DNA of 64,000 nucleotides from Frankiaceae bacterium (GTDB taxonomy: Bacteria > Actinomycetota > Actinomycetes > BP-191), in contig DATMES010000053.1 in the NCBI GenBank assembly GCA_035556555.1, positions 3,418-67,417 of the forward strand, written 5' to 3'. How positions within the stretch are numbered: position 1 is the stretch's first letter; every line of letters begins with the position of its first letter. Of this stretch, positions 10,526 to 19,883 are shown in pieces. Made by a program: the position numbers and the translations under genes. The notes under the pieces were generated by a model. The model was not told the DNA's origin and did no database searches. It was given only the letters and a program-made list of their open reading frames with translations.

Positions 10526-11230
10526 ATGCTCGACGACCGCCCGCGCGAGCGGCTCTTCCGCTGCGGCCCCAGACAGCTGTCCGAGCTGGAGCTCGTCGCG
10601 CTCGTGCTGCGCAACGGCCGCGGCGGCCAGAGCGCGCTCGACCTCGCCCGCGACCTCGTCGGGCGACACCGCGACATCCGCGCGCTCGCGGCGACGTCCG
10701 CCGCGGAGCTGGCCGACCTGTCGGGGATGGGTCCGGCGAAGGCGGCGGCCGTCGCGGCGGCGTTCGAGCTGGGACGGCGCTCGGTGGAGGTCGACGAGGC
10801 GGTGCCACTGCGGCGTGCCGAGGACGTCGTGGCGGTGGCGCGCAGGGAGATGCGCGGGGTGTCGCGCGACGAGCTGCTGGTGTTCGTCACCGACGTCGCG
10901 TCGCGGGTGCGGTGGACGGTGTCCGTGGGCGTCGGTGCAGTACGCAGGCTCGCGGCGCCGGTCGGCCGCGCGATCGACGCGGTCGTGGGCCACGACGGGG
11001 CGGGCCTCGCGGTGGCGCGGCTGTCCTCCGCCGGGGTGGCGGCTGTCGAGCCGGCGGACGAGGAGCTGGTACGGCGGCTCCGCGCGGCGGCGTTCTACGC
11101 GGGCGTCCACTTCCATGACTACGTCGTGGTCACCGCCGCCGACTGGTGCGGCGTCCGGGTGCCGGTGCCGTACGAGCCCGAGCCCGCGCGCGCGTTCCCC
11201 GCCATCGAGGCGCGGGCCGGGCCCGCGTAG
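10526..11230 (+). CDS. RadC-like (UPF0758) protein with degenerate JAB/JAMM motif
   Basis: ATG 10526 is preceded by AGGAGG. The N-terminal RPRERL...LSELELVALVLRNG...ALDLARDL...MGPAKAAAV region is RadC-like HhH. The HNHPSG position reads ARLSSAG. Confidence 0.8.
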   Translation: MLDDRPRERLFRCGPRQLSELELVALVLRNGRGGQSALDLARDLVGRHRDIRALAATSAAELADLSGMGPAKAAAVAAAFELGRRSVEVDEAVPLRRAEDVVAVARREMRGVSRDELLVFVTDVASRVRWTVSVGVGAVRRLAAPVGRAIDAVVGHDGAGLAVARLSSAGVAAVEPADEELVRRLRAAAFYAGVHFHDYVVVTAADWCGVRVPVPYEPEPARAFPAIEARAGPA

Positions 11231-11247
11231 TCCGGGCCCGCCTGCCG

Positions 11248-11529
11248 TCAGCTCTCGTAGTCGACGGCGGCGCGCCCCGCGAGTCGCGGCCGCAGCCAGC
11301 CGAGGAGGTCCTGGTGCGCGGGGTGCTCGGCGTACGCGCGCAGCCCCGCGGCGTCGTCGTGCGTCGTCGTCAGCGCGAGGTCCGACGAGCCGTCGAGGCC
11401 GAGCGTGTCGAGGTCCACGCGTACGGAGCGCAGCGACGGCACGACGCCGGCCAGCGCCTCGGCCCGGCGCTTCGCCTCGGGCGCGTCGGCGCGGTCGGTG
11501 AGCTTCATGAGGACGACGTGCGTGATCAA
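11248..11529 (-). CDS. Dabb (stress-responsive alpha/beta barrel) family protein
   Basis: The in-frame TTG start has GGAGA upstream. The sequence LITHVVLMKL...HPAHQDLL is typical of Dabb proteins. Confidence 0.8.
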   Translation of the reverse strand: MITHVVLMKLTDRADAPEAKRRAEALAGVVPSLRSVRVDLDTLGLDGSSDLALTTTHDDAAGLRAYAEHPAHQDLLGWLRPRLAGRAAVDYES

Positions 11530-11663
11530 CGAGTCTCCGTGCGAGCGGAAGGAGGTGTGGCGTGGGTACGCGGCGGACCGGCGTGGCGGGAGCCACCGGT
11601 GCGGCGCCGCCACAGCGCGTGCTCAGTCGCGTGCACAGTGGCGGGGCCGCCCGGCCTGGTGGG

Positions 11664-11723
11664 CTACTTCTTGTCCTTCTTGGGCTTCTTGGTCTCGCGA
11701 CCGCCCTTGTCCTTGCTTCCCAT
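11664..11723 (-). CDS. 19-aa Lys-rich micro-protein MGSKDKGGRETKKPKKDKK
   Basis: It falls below the ORF-track cutoff. ATG is preceded by GAGGAGG with a 5-nt spacer, and 17 of 19 codons end in G/C. It sits in an otherwise empty spacer. Confidence 0.55.
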   Translation of the reverse strand: MGSKDKGGRETKKPKKDKK

Positions 11724-11836
11724 GGGCACCTCCTCGTCCGCGCTGCGCACGCTACTCGGCTCCCGTACGCCGTGCCCAGGGTGTTTCGGCCGTGGCGTGC
11801 GAGGATTGCGCCCGCCGGAACAGGGAGGGACGCACC

Positions 11837-12832
11837 GTGCGACTACGTCTGCTCACGCTCGCCGCGTGCACGGCCGCCGCCGTCGCGGCGTTCCCTGGGG
11901 TGGCCGCGGCCAAGGACTGCACGGGCCTGCCGAAGCACGGCAACCTCCCCGTCGTCGACGCCGCCAACGTCGTGCCTCCCCAGGACGAGGCGTACCTCGT
12001 CGCGGACCTGCTCGCGTACCGCCTCCGCGGCAAGCACGCGATCGTCGCCGTGACCGTGCCGACGCTCGGCGGCGACGACGTGTCGTCGTACGCGCAGCGG
12101 ATGTTCGACTGCTGGGGCATCGGCGACGCGCAGTCCGACAACGGCATGCTCATCCTCGTCGCGCTGCGCGAGCAGCGGATCCGCATCGAGCTCGGCGCCG
12201 GCCTCGAGGGCAAGATCGGCCAGCCCGAGCTGGACGCCGCGCTCGACGAGATGGTCGAGCCGCTACGGGAGGGCGAGATCGCCGTGGCGTTCCGCGCGGC
12301 GGCGGAGAGCCTCGTCGGGGAGGTCGGCGGCAGGCTGCCCGACTCCCGCCGCGGCGACCTCGGCCCGCTGCCCACGCCGACGCCGACCCACCCCGGCGAC
12401 GTCAGCGACACGCCGGAGGACGGCGCCGGCGGGTTCCCGCCGCTGCCGAACGAGATCCCGTACGGCATCAGCCCCTTCGGCGACCGTGGCAGCCCAGGCA
12501 ACGACGTCGCGGCGTTCGTCCCGCTCATGATCTTCCTGGCCGTCGTGTCGACCATCCTCGGCGTGATCCGTGACCGCTTCGGGGGCGGTGGCGGGGGTAG
12601 GTGGGGCGGTGGGTTCCAGCGTTCCCGTGGCGGCGGCTGGGACAACGCGTCCGTCCTGCACGGCGGCTCGTGGCACGACAGCGGCTCGTCGTTCGGCGGC
12701 GGGTCGAGTGGGTCGTCGTCGGGCTCGTCGTTCGGCGGCGGGTCGTCTGGCGGTGGCGGGTCGAGCGGCTCCAGCGGGAGCAGCTTCGGTGGCGGGTCGA
12801 GCGGAGGCGGTGGCGCGAGTGGTTCCTGGTAA
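11837..12832 (+). CDS. TPM-domain (TLP18.3/Psb32/MOLO-1-like) membrane protein with Gly/Ser-rich tail
   Basis: GTG 11837 is preceded by GGGAGGGA. The protein has a signal peptide, a TPM-like core (IVAVTVPTLGGDDV...GMLILVALREQRIRIELG), a TM helix and SSFGGGSSGGGG repeats. Confidence 0.85.
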   Translation: MRLRLLTLAACTAAAVAAFPGVAAAKDCTGLPKHGNLPVVDAANVVPPQDEAYLVADLLAYRLRGKHAIVAVTVPTLGGDDVSSYAQRMFDCWGIGDAQSDNGMLILVALREQRIRIELGAGLEGKIGQPELDAALDEMVEPLREGEIAVAFRAAAESLVGEVGGRLPDSRRGDLGPLPTPTPTHPGDVSDTPEDGAGGFPPLPNEIPYGISPFGDRGSPGNDVAAFVPLMIFLAVVSTILGVIRDRFGGGGGGRWGGGFQRSRGGGWDNASVLHGGSWHDSGSSFGGGSSGSSSGSSFGGGSSGGGGSSGSSGSSFGGGSSGGGGASGSW

Positions 12833-13238
12833 GCCGCTGACGACGAGGCAGCGCGGGCGGATCGCGCGTGCCGTCCGCGACGCCGAGGACTGGACCGGCC
12901 TGCAGTTCTGCGTCTACCTCGGCCCGAGCGAGGACGACCCGCGCTCGCACGCGCACGCCCTCATGGGCGAGCTGGACCTCACCGAGCGACCCGCCGTGCT
13001 GATCCTCGTCGCGCCCGCGACGCGGCGCCTGGAGATCGTCACCAGCCCGGCCGCGGCGCAGCGCATCAACGACCACGAGACGCAGCTCGCGGCGCTGGCG
13101 ATGTCGTCGTCGTTCGGCGTGGGCGACGTCGCGGGCGGGGTGAGCGAGGGCGTACGGCTGCTCGCCCAGGCCGCGGGCCGCGGCGTACGCAGCGGCCGCG
13201 ACCTCCCCGACCTGCTCGACGCCACGGCGCCGGCGTAG
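12819..13238 (+). CDS. DUF5130-like (TPM-related) protein
   Basis: The sequence RIARAVRDAEDWTGLQFCVYLGPSEDD...PAVLILVAP...RLEIVTS matches the pattern. The GTG 12819 start overlaps the upstream gene end and is uncertain. Confidence 0.7.
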   Translation: MVPGKPLTTRQRGRIARAVRDAEDWTGLQFCVYLGPSEDDPRSHAHALMGELDLTERPAVLILVAPATRRLEIVTSPAAAQRINDHETQLAALAMSSSFGVGDVAGGVSEGVRLLAQAAGRGVRSGRDLPDLLDATAPA

Positions 13239-13250
13239 CGGCGAAGCGGG

Positions 13251-15797
13251 CTACGCGCTGCCCGCGCCCGCCGCGATGTCGACCTGCCGCGCCCGCAGCG
13301 CCCGCTCCACGCCGTCGCGCCCCTCGACGAGGAGCCGCCGGATCGCGGGAACGGCGTTGCCGGTCTTGAGGTAGTCGTTCGTCCGGTCGATCGTGCGCTG
13401 GTCGATGAGGACCGACGGGTACATCGTCGTGACGATGTTGATCGCCGTCTCGTTGGTCCGCTCCTCCCAGATCCGTTCGATCGAGGCGAAGTAGCGGTCG
13501 GCGTACGACACCAGCAGCTCCGCCTGGTCGGCCTGCTGGAAGCCGCCCATGGTCGCCGAGAGCATGGCGTTCGGCAGCTTGGGGTCGTCGAAGATCGACG
13601 CCCATGCCTCTTCCTTCGCCTCGGCGGTCGGCCGCGCCGCGCGGGCCGCGACGGCGTGCCGCGCGCCGGCGGCGGTCGGGTCGCGCTCGGCCTCGGACGC
13701 GATGACGTCCTCGTCGATGGCGCCGCGAGCGGCCAGGTTGCGGACGATGTGCCAGCGCAGCTCGGCGTCCACGGCGAGGCCGGGGACGTCTCTGGTGCCG
13801 TTGAGCAGCCCGAGCACCAGCCCGATGTGCTCGTCCGAGCGGGCCGTCGAGACGAACGCCCGCGTCCACGCGAGCTGGTGGTCGCCGCCGGCCTCGGCGG
13901 CGTTGAGGTGCTCCCACGCGGCGGAGGCGAGCAGCTCGTACGCCGCCACGCGGTTGTCCGGGTCGCCGTAGTTGACGATCGCGCCGATCGACTGCTGGAT
14001 CAGTGTCTGCACGACGCCGATCTCGGTCTCGGTGCCGATGTTGCGCAGCACGAGCCGCAGGTAGTCGCGCGCGGGCAGCTCGGCGTCGCGCGTCATGTCC
14101 CACGCCGCCGCCCAGCACAGGGCGCGGGCGAGCGACGAGGGCAGGTCGCCGAGCCGCTCGGTCAGCGTCTTCAGCGAGCGCTCGTCGAGGCGGATCTTGC
14201 AGTACGACAGGTCGTCGTCGTTGACGAGCACGAGGTCCGGCTGGGTGCGGCCGACGAGCTCCGGCACCTCGGTCACGGAGCCGACGACGTCGAGCTCGAC
14301 CCGGTCCACCCGCTCCAAGCCGGAGCCGGTCGCCGAGTAGAGGCCGATCGCGATCCGGTGCGAACGCAGCGTCGGCCAGTCGGCCGGCGCCTCCTGGTGC
14401 ACGGCGAACGACGTGAACGCGCCCGACGAGTCGGTCTCGAACACCGCACGCAGCGTGTTGACGCCCGCGGTCTCCAGCCACTCCTTGGACCACGACGACA
14501 GGTCGCGGCCCGACGCCGTCTCGAGCTCGGCGAGGAGGTCCTTGAGCTCGGTGTTGCCGTACTCGTGCTTCTTGAAGTACGAGCGCAGCGCCGAGAGGAA
14601 CTCGTCCTGGCCGACCCACGCGACGAGCTGCTTGAGGACGGAGGCGCCCTTGGCGTACGTGATGCCGTCGAAGTTCACCTCGACGGCCTCGATGTCGACG
14701 ATGTCGGCGACGACGGGGTGGGTGGACGGCATCTGGTCCTGGCGGTACGCCCATGTCTTCTCGACGTTCGCGAACGTCGTCCACCCGCCGGTGAAGCGCG
14801 TCGCCAGCGTCTGGCAGAGCACCGACGCGTAGGTCGCGAACGACTCGTTCAGCCAGAGGTCGTCCCACCAGCGCATGGTCACGAGGTCGCCGAACCACAT
14901 GTGCGCCATCTCGTGCAGGATCGTCTCGGCGCGGCGCTCGCGGGCGGCGTCGGTGACCTTCGACCGGAAGACGTAGTCCTCCAGGAACGTCACGGCGCCG
15001 GCGTTCTCCATGGCGCCGGCGTTGAACTCCGGCACGAAGAGCTGGTCGTACTTCCCGAACGGGTACGGGTAGTCGAAGTTGGCCTGGAACCAGTCGAAGC
15101 CCTGCTTGGTGAGCGTGAACAGCTCCTCGGGGTCGAGGAACTCCGACAGCGACTCGCGGCAGTACAGGCCGAGGTCGATGTCGCCGTGCTTCTCGTGCAC
15201 GGAGTAGTACGGCCCCGCGACGATCGCGGTGATGTACGTCGACATCCGCGGCGACGGCGCGAACCGCCACCAGCCGCCCTGCGCCTTGTCGGGGGACTCC
15301 ACCGCGGGCATGTTCGAGACGACGACCCAGTTGGCCGGCGCGAGCGTCGAGAGCGTGAAGACGGCCTTGACGTCGGGCTGGTCGAAGCACGCGTAGACGC
15401 GGTGCGCGTCGAACGTCTCGAACTGCGTGTACAGGTAGACCTGCTTGTCGACGGGGTCGGTGAAGCGGTGCAGGCCGACGCCGGTGTGCATGTACGCGCA
15501 CTCGGCCACGACGACGAGCTCGTTGCTCGCCGCAAGGCCGGTCAGCGTGATGCGGTCGCCGTCGAACGCCGTCGCCGGGTCGACGGTCTCGCCGTTCAGC
15601 GTGATGGACTGCACCGAGGGCGCGATGAGGTCGACGAAGACCCCCGCGCCTGGCTCGGAGCAGGTGAACTTCGCGACCGTCGTCGACGTGAACGTCTGCT
15701 CGCCCGTCGTGAGGTCGAGCGTCACGTCGTACGACGCGTCGCCGATGATCGAGGCCCGCTGGCGGGCCTCGTCGCGGGTCAGGTTGGTGGCCGACAC
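13251..15797 (-). CDS. pepN: aminopeptidase N (M1 family)
   Basis: The GAMEN motif, HEMAHMWFGD (HEXXH) and downstream E are present. The 848-aa length fits, and the likely start is GTG giving VSATNLTRDEARQRA. Confidence 0.95.
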   Translation of the reverse strand: MSATNLTRDEARQRASIIGDASYDVTLDLTTGEQTFTSTTVAKFTCSEPGAGVFVDLIAPSVQSITLNGETVDPATAFDGDRITLTGLAASNELVVVAECAYMHTGVGLHRFTDPVDKQVYLYTQFETFDAHRVYACFDQPDVKAVFTLSTLAPANWVVVSNMPAVESPDKAQGGWWRFAPSPRMSTYITAIVAGPYYSVHEKHGDIDLGLYCRESLSEFLDPEELFTLTKQGFDWFQANFDYPYPFGKYDQLFVPEFNAGAMENAGAVTFLEDYVFRSKVTDAARERRAETILHEMAHMWFGDLVTMRWWDDLWLNESFATYASVLCQTLATRFTGGWTTFANVEKTWAYRQDQMPSTHPVVADIVDIEAVEVNFDGITYAKGASVLKQLVAWVGQDEFLSALRSYFKKHEYGNTELKDLLAELETASGRDLSSWSKEWLETAGVNTLRAVFETDSSGAFTSFAVHQEAPADWPTLRSHRIAIGLYSATGSGLERVDRVELDVVGSVTEVPELVGRTQPDLVLVNDDDLSYCKIRLDERSLKTLTERLGDLPSSLARALCWAAAWDMTRDAELPARDYLRLVLRNIGTETEIGVVQTLIQQSIGAIVNYGDPDNRVAAYELLASAAWEHLNAAEAGGDHQLAWTRAFVSTARSDEHIGLVLGLLNGTRDVPGLAVDAELRWHIVRNLAARGAIDEDVIASEAERDPTAAGARHAVAARAARPTAEAKEEAWASIFDDPKLPNAMLSATMGGFQQADQAELLVSYADRYFASIERIWEERTNETAINIVTTMYPSVLIDQRTIDRTNDYLKTGNAVPAIRRLLVEGRDGVERALRARQVDIAAGAGSA

Positions 15798-15887
15798 CGT
15801 GCGTCCAGCTCCTCTGCGTAGGTCCCCCTCGTTCGGGCATCCTCGCACGGATCTGGGAGAGTCGGTCAGGTGCGAAAGGGGTGACGG

Positions 15888-16487
15888 ATGACCGTCGCGG
15901 CGCGGTTCTGGTTCGACCCGGTCTGTCCGTGGGCGTGGATCACGTCCCGATGGATGTACGAGGTGACCGCCGTCCGCGACGTCACGGTCGAGTGGCGGCT
16001 CATGAGCCTGCGGATGCTCAACGAGGCCACCCCCGGCTACGACCCCGCCAAGGCGACCGGGCACGCGTACGGCCTCCGCGCCCAGCGGATCGCCGTCGCG
16101 GCGCGCGACGCGGGCGCCGACGTCGGCCTCCTCTACACGGCGCTCGGCACGCTGATCCACGCCGAGAAGCGGCCCAAGGACGACGAGACGCTGGCCGCCG
16201 CGCTCGCCGAGGCGGGCCTCGACGCCGGGCTGATCGCCGCCGCCGGAGACGAGTCCTACGACGCCGCCCTGCGCGCCGACCACGACGAGGGCGTCGCGCT
16301 GGTCGGCAAGGACGTCGGCACCCCGATCCTCGCCGTCGGAGACGCCGCGATCTTCGGCCCCGTCGTCACGCCCGCGCCGCGCGGCGACGACGCGGGACGG
16401 CTCTGGGACGGCGTGCTGCTCGTCCTCGGCACCGACGGCTTCTTCGAGCTCAAGCGCGGCCGCGACAGGGACCCGCAGGTCGCATGA
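15888..16487 (+). CDS. DsbA-like thioredoxin-fold protein
   Basis: 199-aa ORF with DPVCPWAW (CxxC-type CPWA) near the N-terminus. Confidence 0.8.
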   Translation: MTVAARFWFDPVCPWAWITSRWMYEVTAVRDVTVEWRLMSLRMLNEATPGYDPAKATGHAYGLRAQRIAVAARDAGADVGLLYTALGTLIHAEKRPKDDETLAAALAEAGLDAGLIAAAGDESYDAALRADHDEGVALVGKDVGTPILAVGDAAIFGPVVTPAPRGDDAGRLWDGVLLVLGTDGFFELKRGRDRDPQVA

Positions 16488-17206
16488 TCGAGGCGGTGAC
16501 GTTCGACTTCTGGAACACCCTCTGCTTCGAGGGCTCGGTAGGGCACATCCGCGGCCGCCGGCTCGACGCGTGGAGTGGCCTGCTCGAGGAGGCCGGGTAC
16601 GCGACCGAGCGCGACGTGCTGGAGAAGGCGTTCGACAAGTCGTGGGAACGGTTCGTGGCGCGGTGGACGGCGGGCGACCACGTGGCGTTCGCCGAGGCGG
16701 CGGAGGAGATCGTCACCGACCTCGGGTACGACGTGCCGGCCGACGTGCGCACGGCGCTCGTCGAGGCGTTCGGCCGCGCGGGCGACGACGCCGAGCTGCA
16801 CCTGACGCCGAACGTCCCCCAGACGCTCGCCGCCCTCAAGGAGGCGGGCGTCCGAATCGGGATCGTCTGCGACGTCGGCATGACGCCGTCCACGACGCTG
16901 CGGGCACACCTCGACCGGCACGGCGTGCTGGCGTCGTTCGACCACTGGTCGTTCTCCGACGAGGTCGGCTGCTACAAGCCGGACGCGCGCATCTTCACCC
17001 ACGCGCTGGCCGGCCTCGGCGCGCGGCCGGAGGCGACGGCGCACGTCGGGGACCTGCGGCGCACGGACGTCGCGGGCGCGCTCGCGATGGGCATGACCGC
17101 CGTGCGCTACACCGGCGTCTACGACGACGACTCGCAGCCCGAGCCCGAGGCGCACCACGTCGTCGGCGACCACGCCGACCTGCCCGGCGTTCTCGGTCTT
17201 GCCTGA
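16484..17206 (+). CDS. HAD-superfamily hydrolase
   Basis: The ATG overlaps the upstream stop (ATGA). Motif I FDFWNTL, SDEVGCYKPD and GDLRRTD are present. Confidence 0.85.
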   Translation: MIEAVTFDFWNTLCFEGSVGHIRGRRLDAWSGLLEEAGYATERDVLEKAFDKSWERFVARWTAGDHVAFAEAAEEIVTDLGYDVPADVRTALVEAFGRAGDDAELHLTPNVPQTLAALKEAGVRIGIVCDVGMTPSTTLRAHLDRHGVLASFDHWSFSDEVGCYKPDARIFTHALAGLGARPEATAHVGDLRRTDVAGALAMGMTAVRYTGVYDDDSQPEPEAHHVVGDHADLPGVLGLA

Positions 17207-17609
17207 CGTCCGCAACGCGCTGGGGCGGCTGCGGGAGCTGCTCCGGCGGCGGGTCGAGTACGCGCCGCGCCGCGACGGCAGGGCCGACCCCGGCGAGGTC
17301 GTCTGGGCGTGGGTCGCGTACGAGGACCGGCCCGACCAGGGAAAGGACCGTCCGGTGCTCGTCGTCGGCCGTGACGGCCGTTTGCTCCTCGGGCTCTACC
17401 TGTCGAGCAACCCGCGGCACGACGGGCGCCCAGGCTGGCTGGCGATCGGGAGCGGCGGCTGGGACCGGCAGCGCCGCCCGAGCTGGGTGCGCGTCGACAG
17501 GATGCTGCGGCTGCGCGAGCGGAGCGTCCGCAGGGAGGGCGCGACGCTGGACCGCGCGCGGTTCGACAGGGTCGTGGCGGCGCTGGATCAGCCGAACGCC
17601 GGCGCGTAG
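17199..17609 (+). CDS. PemK/MazF-like SH3-fold protein (orphan, no adjacent antitoxin)
   Basis: 136-aa ORF with PGEVVWAWVAYEDRPDQGKDRPVLVV...SWVRVDRM, resembling the PemK-like family. The TTG start overlaps the HAD gene by 8 nt. Confidence 0.55.
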   Translation: MPDVRNALGRLRELLRRRVEYAPRRDGRADPGEVVWAWVAYEDRPDQGKDRPVLVVGRDGRLLLGLYLSSNPRHDGRPGWLAIGSGGWDRQRRPSWVRVDRMLRLRERSVRREGATLDRARFDRVVAALDQPNAGA

Positions 17610-18079
17610 GCGAACGGCCCGCGCACCGAGTCGTCCCACGCCGTGAGGCGGCGTACCTGGAAGTCCTCGCCCCACCGCGGGTCCGGCGCCTCGACCGGGT
17701 CGGCGGGCCCGAAGCCGAAGCGGCCGTAGTACGCGGGGGAGCCGAGGAGGACGACGCAGCGTTCTCCCAGCGCCTCCGCGCCGCCGATGACCGCGTGCAT
17801 GAGCGCCGACCCGAGGCCCCTGCCATGCCGGTCGGGCAGTACGCCGATCGGCCCCACCGCGGGGACGACGCGGCCGGCGATGCGTCCCGCGCTCGTCGCG
17901 ACGTGCGCGACCACCGCGCCGTCCTCGACGACGACGAAACAGAGCGCGGGGATGAGGTCGCCGTCGCGGCGCAGGCTGTCGTACAGGTCGGCCTCGAGGT
18001 CCCGCTCGAACGCCGCCACGTGGATCGCGCGCACGGCCGGGTCGTCGGACGGCAGCGCGCGGCGGAGGATCACGCGCAC
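17588..18079 (-). CDS. GNAT family N-acetyltransferase
   Basis: The in-frame GTG gives VRVILRRALPSD. An acetyl-CoA motif (VLPDRHGRGLGSALM) is present. Length is 163 aa. Confidence 0.85.
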   Translation of the reverse strand: MRVILRRALPSDDPAVRAIHVAAFERDLEADLYDSLRRDGDLIPALCFVVVEDGAVVAHVATSAGRIAGRVVPAVGPIGVLPDRHGRGLGSALMHAVIGGAEALGERCVVLLGSPAYYGRFGFGPADPVEAPDPRWGEDFQVRRLTAWDDSVRGPFAYAPAFG

Positions 18080-18105
18080 CACCGTAGTGGTGCGACACTT
18101 CGTCC

Positions 18106-18252
18106 ATGGCCGTTCATCAGTGCCCCGAGTGCGAGCTCCGGTTCTCTGACGAGAACGAGCTGCGCGACCATCTCGACACCGACCACCCCGGCATGATCGG
18201 CGAGCACCTGCCCCACCCGGGCCGGCACGCCGACTGGCCCCACAAGGACTGA
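18106..18252 (+). CDS. 48-aa C2H2 zinc-finger-like micro-protein
   Basis: It falls below the ORF-track cutoff. The sequence is [48 protein letters not shown], with spacing C-x2-C-x12-H-x4-H. 44 of 48 codons end in G/C, and the stop lies 16 nt before the ALDH start. Confidence 0.5.
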   Translation: MAVHQCPECELRFSDENELRDHLDTDHPGMIGEHLPHPGRHADWPHKD

Positions 18253-18268
18253 CAACCGGAGGAACGCC

Positions 18269-19687
18269 GTGCCCGACCGTACGCAGCTCTACATCGACGG
18301 CGCCTGGGTGCCGTCGGCAGGCACCGGCACGATCGACGTCGTGAATCCCGCGACCGAAGAGGTCATCGGGACCATCCCCGAGGGCACCCCGGCCGACGTG
18401 GATCGCGCGGTGGCGGCGGCGCGGGCGGCGTTCGAGACGTTCTCGCGGACGAGCGTCGACGAGCGCGCCAAGTACCTGTCGCGGCTGCACGAGACGCTGA
18501 CCGCGCGCGCCGAGGAGATCGCGACGACGATCACCGAGGAGATGGGCGCGCCGGCGAAGTTCGCGCAGCTCGTCCAGGCGGGGCTGCCCATCACGGTCAT
18601 GGGGACGTACGCGCAGCTGGTCTCGGAGTACGCGTTCGAGGAGACCGTCGGCAACTCGCTGATCGTGCGGGAGCCGGTCGGCGTCGTCGGCGCCATCACG
18701 CCGTGGAACTACCCCCTGCACCAGATCGTCAACAAGGTCGCCCCGGCCATCGCCGCGGGCTGCACCGTCGTGCTGAAGCCGAGCGAGGTGGCGCCGTTCA
18801 GCGCGTTCCTGCTCGCCGACATCATCGACGAGGTCGGGCTGCCGCCGGGCGTGTTCAACCTCGTCACCGGCACCGGTCCCGTCGTCGGCGAGGCCATCGC
18901 GTCGCACCCCGGCGTGGACATGGTGTCGTTCACCGGCTCGACCGCGGCGGGCAAGCGCGTGACGCAGCTCGCGGCGGAGACCGTCAAGCGCGTCGCGCTG
19001 GAGCTCGGCGGCAAGAGCGCCAACGTCGTCCTCGACGACGCCGACTACTCGAAGATCGGCCGCATCGCGGTGGCGCAGGCGTTCCAGAACGCCGGGCAGA
19101 TGTGCTCCGCGCTGACGCGCCTCGTCGTGCCGCGGGACCGGCAGGCCGAGGTGGTGGAGCAGGTCAAGGCGGCCGCCGAGGCGTACGCGCCCGGTGACCC
19201 GACGTCGACGGACACCAAGCTCGGCCCGCTCGTGTCCGACCGCCAGCGCGACCGCGTCCAGGACTACATCCGCAAGGGTATCGACGAGGGCGCGACCCTC
19301 GTCACCGGCGGTCCCGAGGCGCCGGAAGGCATCGAGCGCGGCTACTACGTCCGCCCCACCGTCTTCGCTGACGTCACCCCCGAGATGACGATCGCGCAGG
19401 AGGAGATCTTCGGGCCGGTGCTCGCCGTCATGCCGTACGACGACGAGGCCGACGCCCTGCGGATCGCCAACTCCACGCACTACGGCCTCTCCGGCGGCGT
19501 GTGGTCGGGCGACGCGGAGCGGGCCAAGGCGTTCGCGCGGAGGATGCGGACGGGGCAGGTCGACGTCAACGGCGGGCGCTTCAACCCGCTGGCGCCGTTC
19601 GGCGGCTACAAGCAGTCCGGCAACGGCCGCGAGCTCGGCCGCCACGGGCTCGAGGAGTTCCTCGAGATCAAGTCGCTGCAGCTGTAG
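18269..19687 (+). CDS. NAD(P)-dependent aldehyde dehydrogenase
   Basis: 472 aa with the ELGGKSA motif and the catalytic Cys region [16 protein letters not shown] lies upstream of GTG 18269. Confidence 0.95.
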   Translation: MPDRTQLYIDGAWVPSAGTGTIDVVNPATEEVIGTIPEGTPADVDRAVAAARAAFETFSRTSVDERAKYLSRLHETLTARAEEIATTITEEMGAPAKFAQLVQAGLPITVMGTYAQLVSEYAFEETVGNSLIVREPVGVVGAITPWNYPLHQIVNKVAPAIAAGCTVVLKPSEVAPFSAFLLADIIDEVGLPPGVFNLVTGTGPVVGEAIASHPGVDMVSFTGSTAAGKRVTQLAAETVKRVALELGGKSANVVLDDADYSKIGRIAVAQAFQNAGQMCSALTRLVVPRDRQAEVVEQVKAAAEAYAPGDPTSTDTKLGPLVSDRQRDRVQDYIRKGIDEGATLVTGGPEAPEGIERGYYVRPTVFADVTPEMTIAQEEIFGPVLAVMPYDDEADALRIANSTHYGLSGGVWSGDAERAKAFARRMRTGQVDVNGGRFNPLAPFGGYKQSGNGRELGRHGLEEFLEIKSLQL

Positions 19688-19698
19688 GAACGTGCTTG

Positions 19699-19718
19699 AC
19701 CCCCGGGCGAGCGGGGGT
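19699..19718 (+). terminator. stem-loop after ALDH
   Basis: The hairpin acccccg-ggcgag-cgggggt lies 12 nt after the stop, between convergent genes. Confidence 0.4.
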
Positions 19719-19883
19719 GACGATAGGCGTGCCGGGGCCACTAGGCCCTTGGAAGTGAGGCCGGGTTCCCCGCCGGACGACGGGCGCCCGGCCTTCGCGC
19801 TGTCCAGGGTGTGTGGATCACGGTGATGTCCACATGGTCGTGGTTGACCGGTGGACGAGCGCGAGCAACCCAGGGAACGTGTC

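Noticed and set aside
11562-12053. Plus-strand ORF with a strong AAGGAGG Shine-Dalgarno-like sequence 6 nt upstream of GTG
   Set aside because: Third-position GC is poor (many ctt/ggt/gct codons). It overlaps the TPM gene out of frame and is antisense to the better-supported 19-aa ORF. The Shine-Dalgarno-like match is probably coincidental.
12590-12832. Nucleotide-level tandem repetition (ggcggcgggtcgagc-like units)
   Set aside because: It encodes the Gly/Ser-rich SSFGGGSSGGGG tail of the TPM-domain protein. It is not a CRISPR array or a non-coding satellite.
19688-19883. Possible small RNA or promoter in the ALDH / DUF3800-like convergent spacer (TTGACC-like box, imperfect palindrome gtggatcac-g-gtgatgtccac)
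   Set aside because: The spacer lies between two gene 3' ends. There is no matching -10 box at proper spacing and no recognisable RNA family, so the hairpins are most simply terminators.
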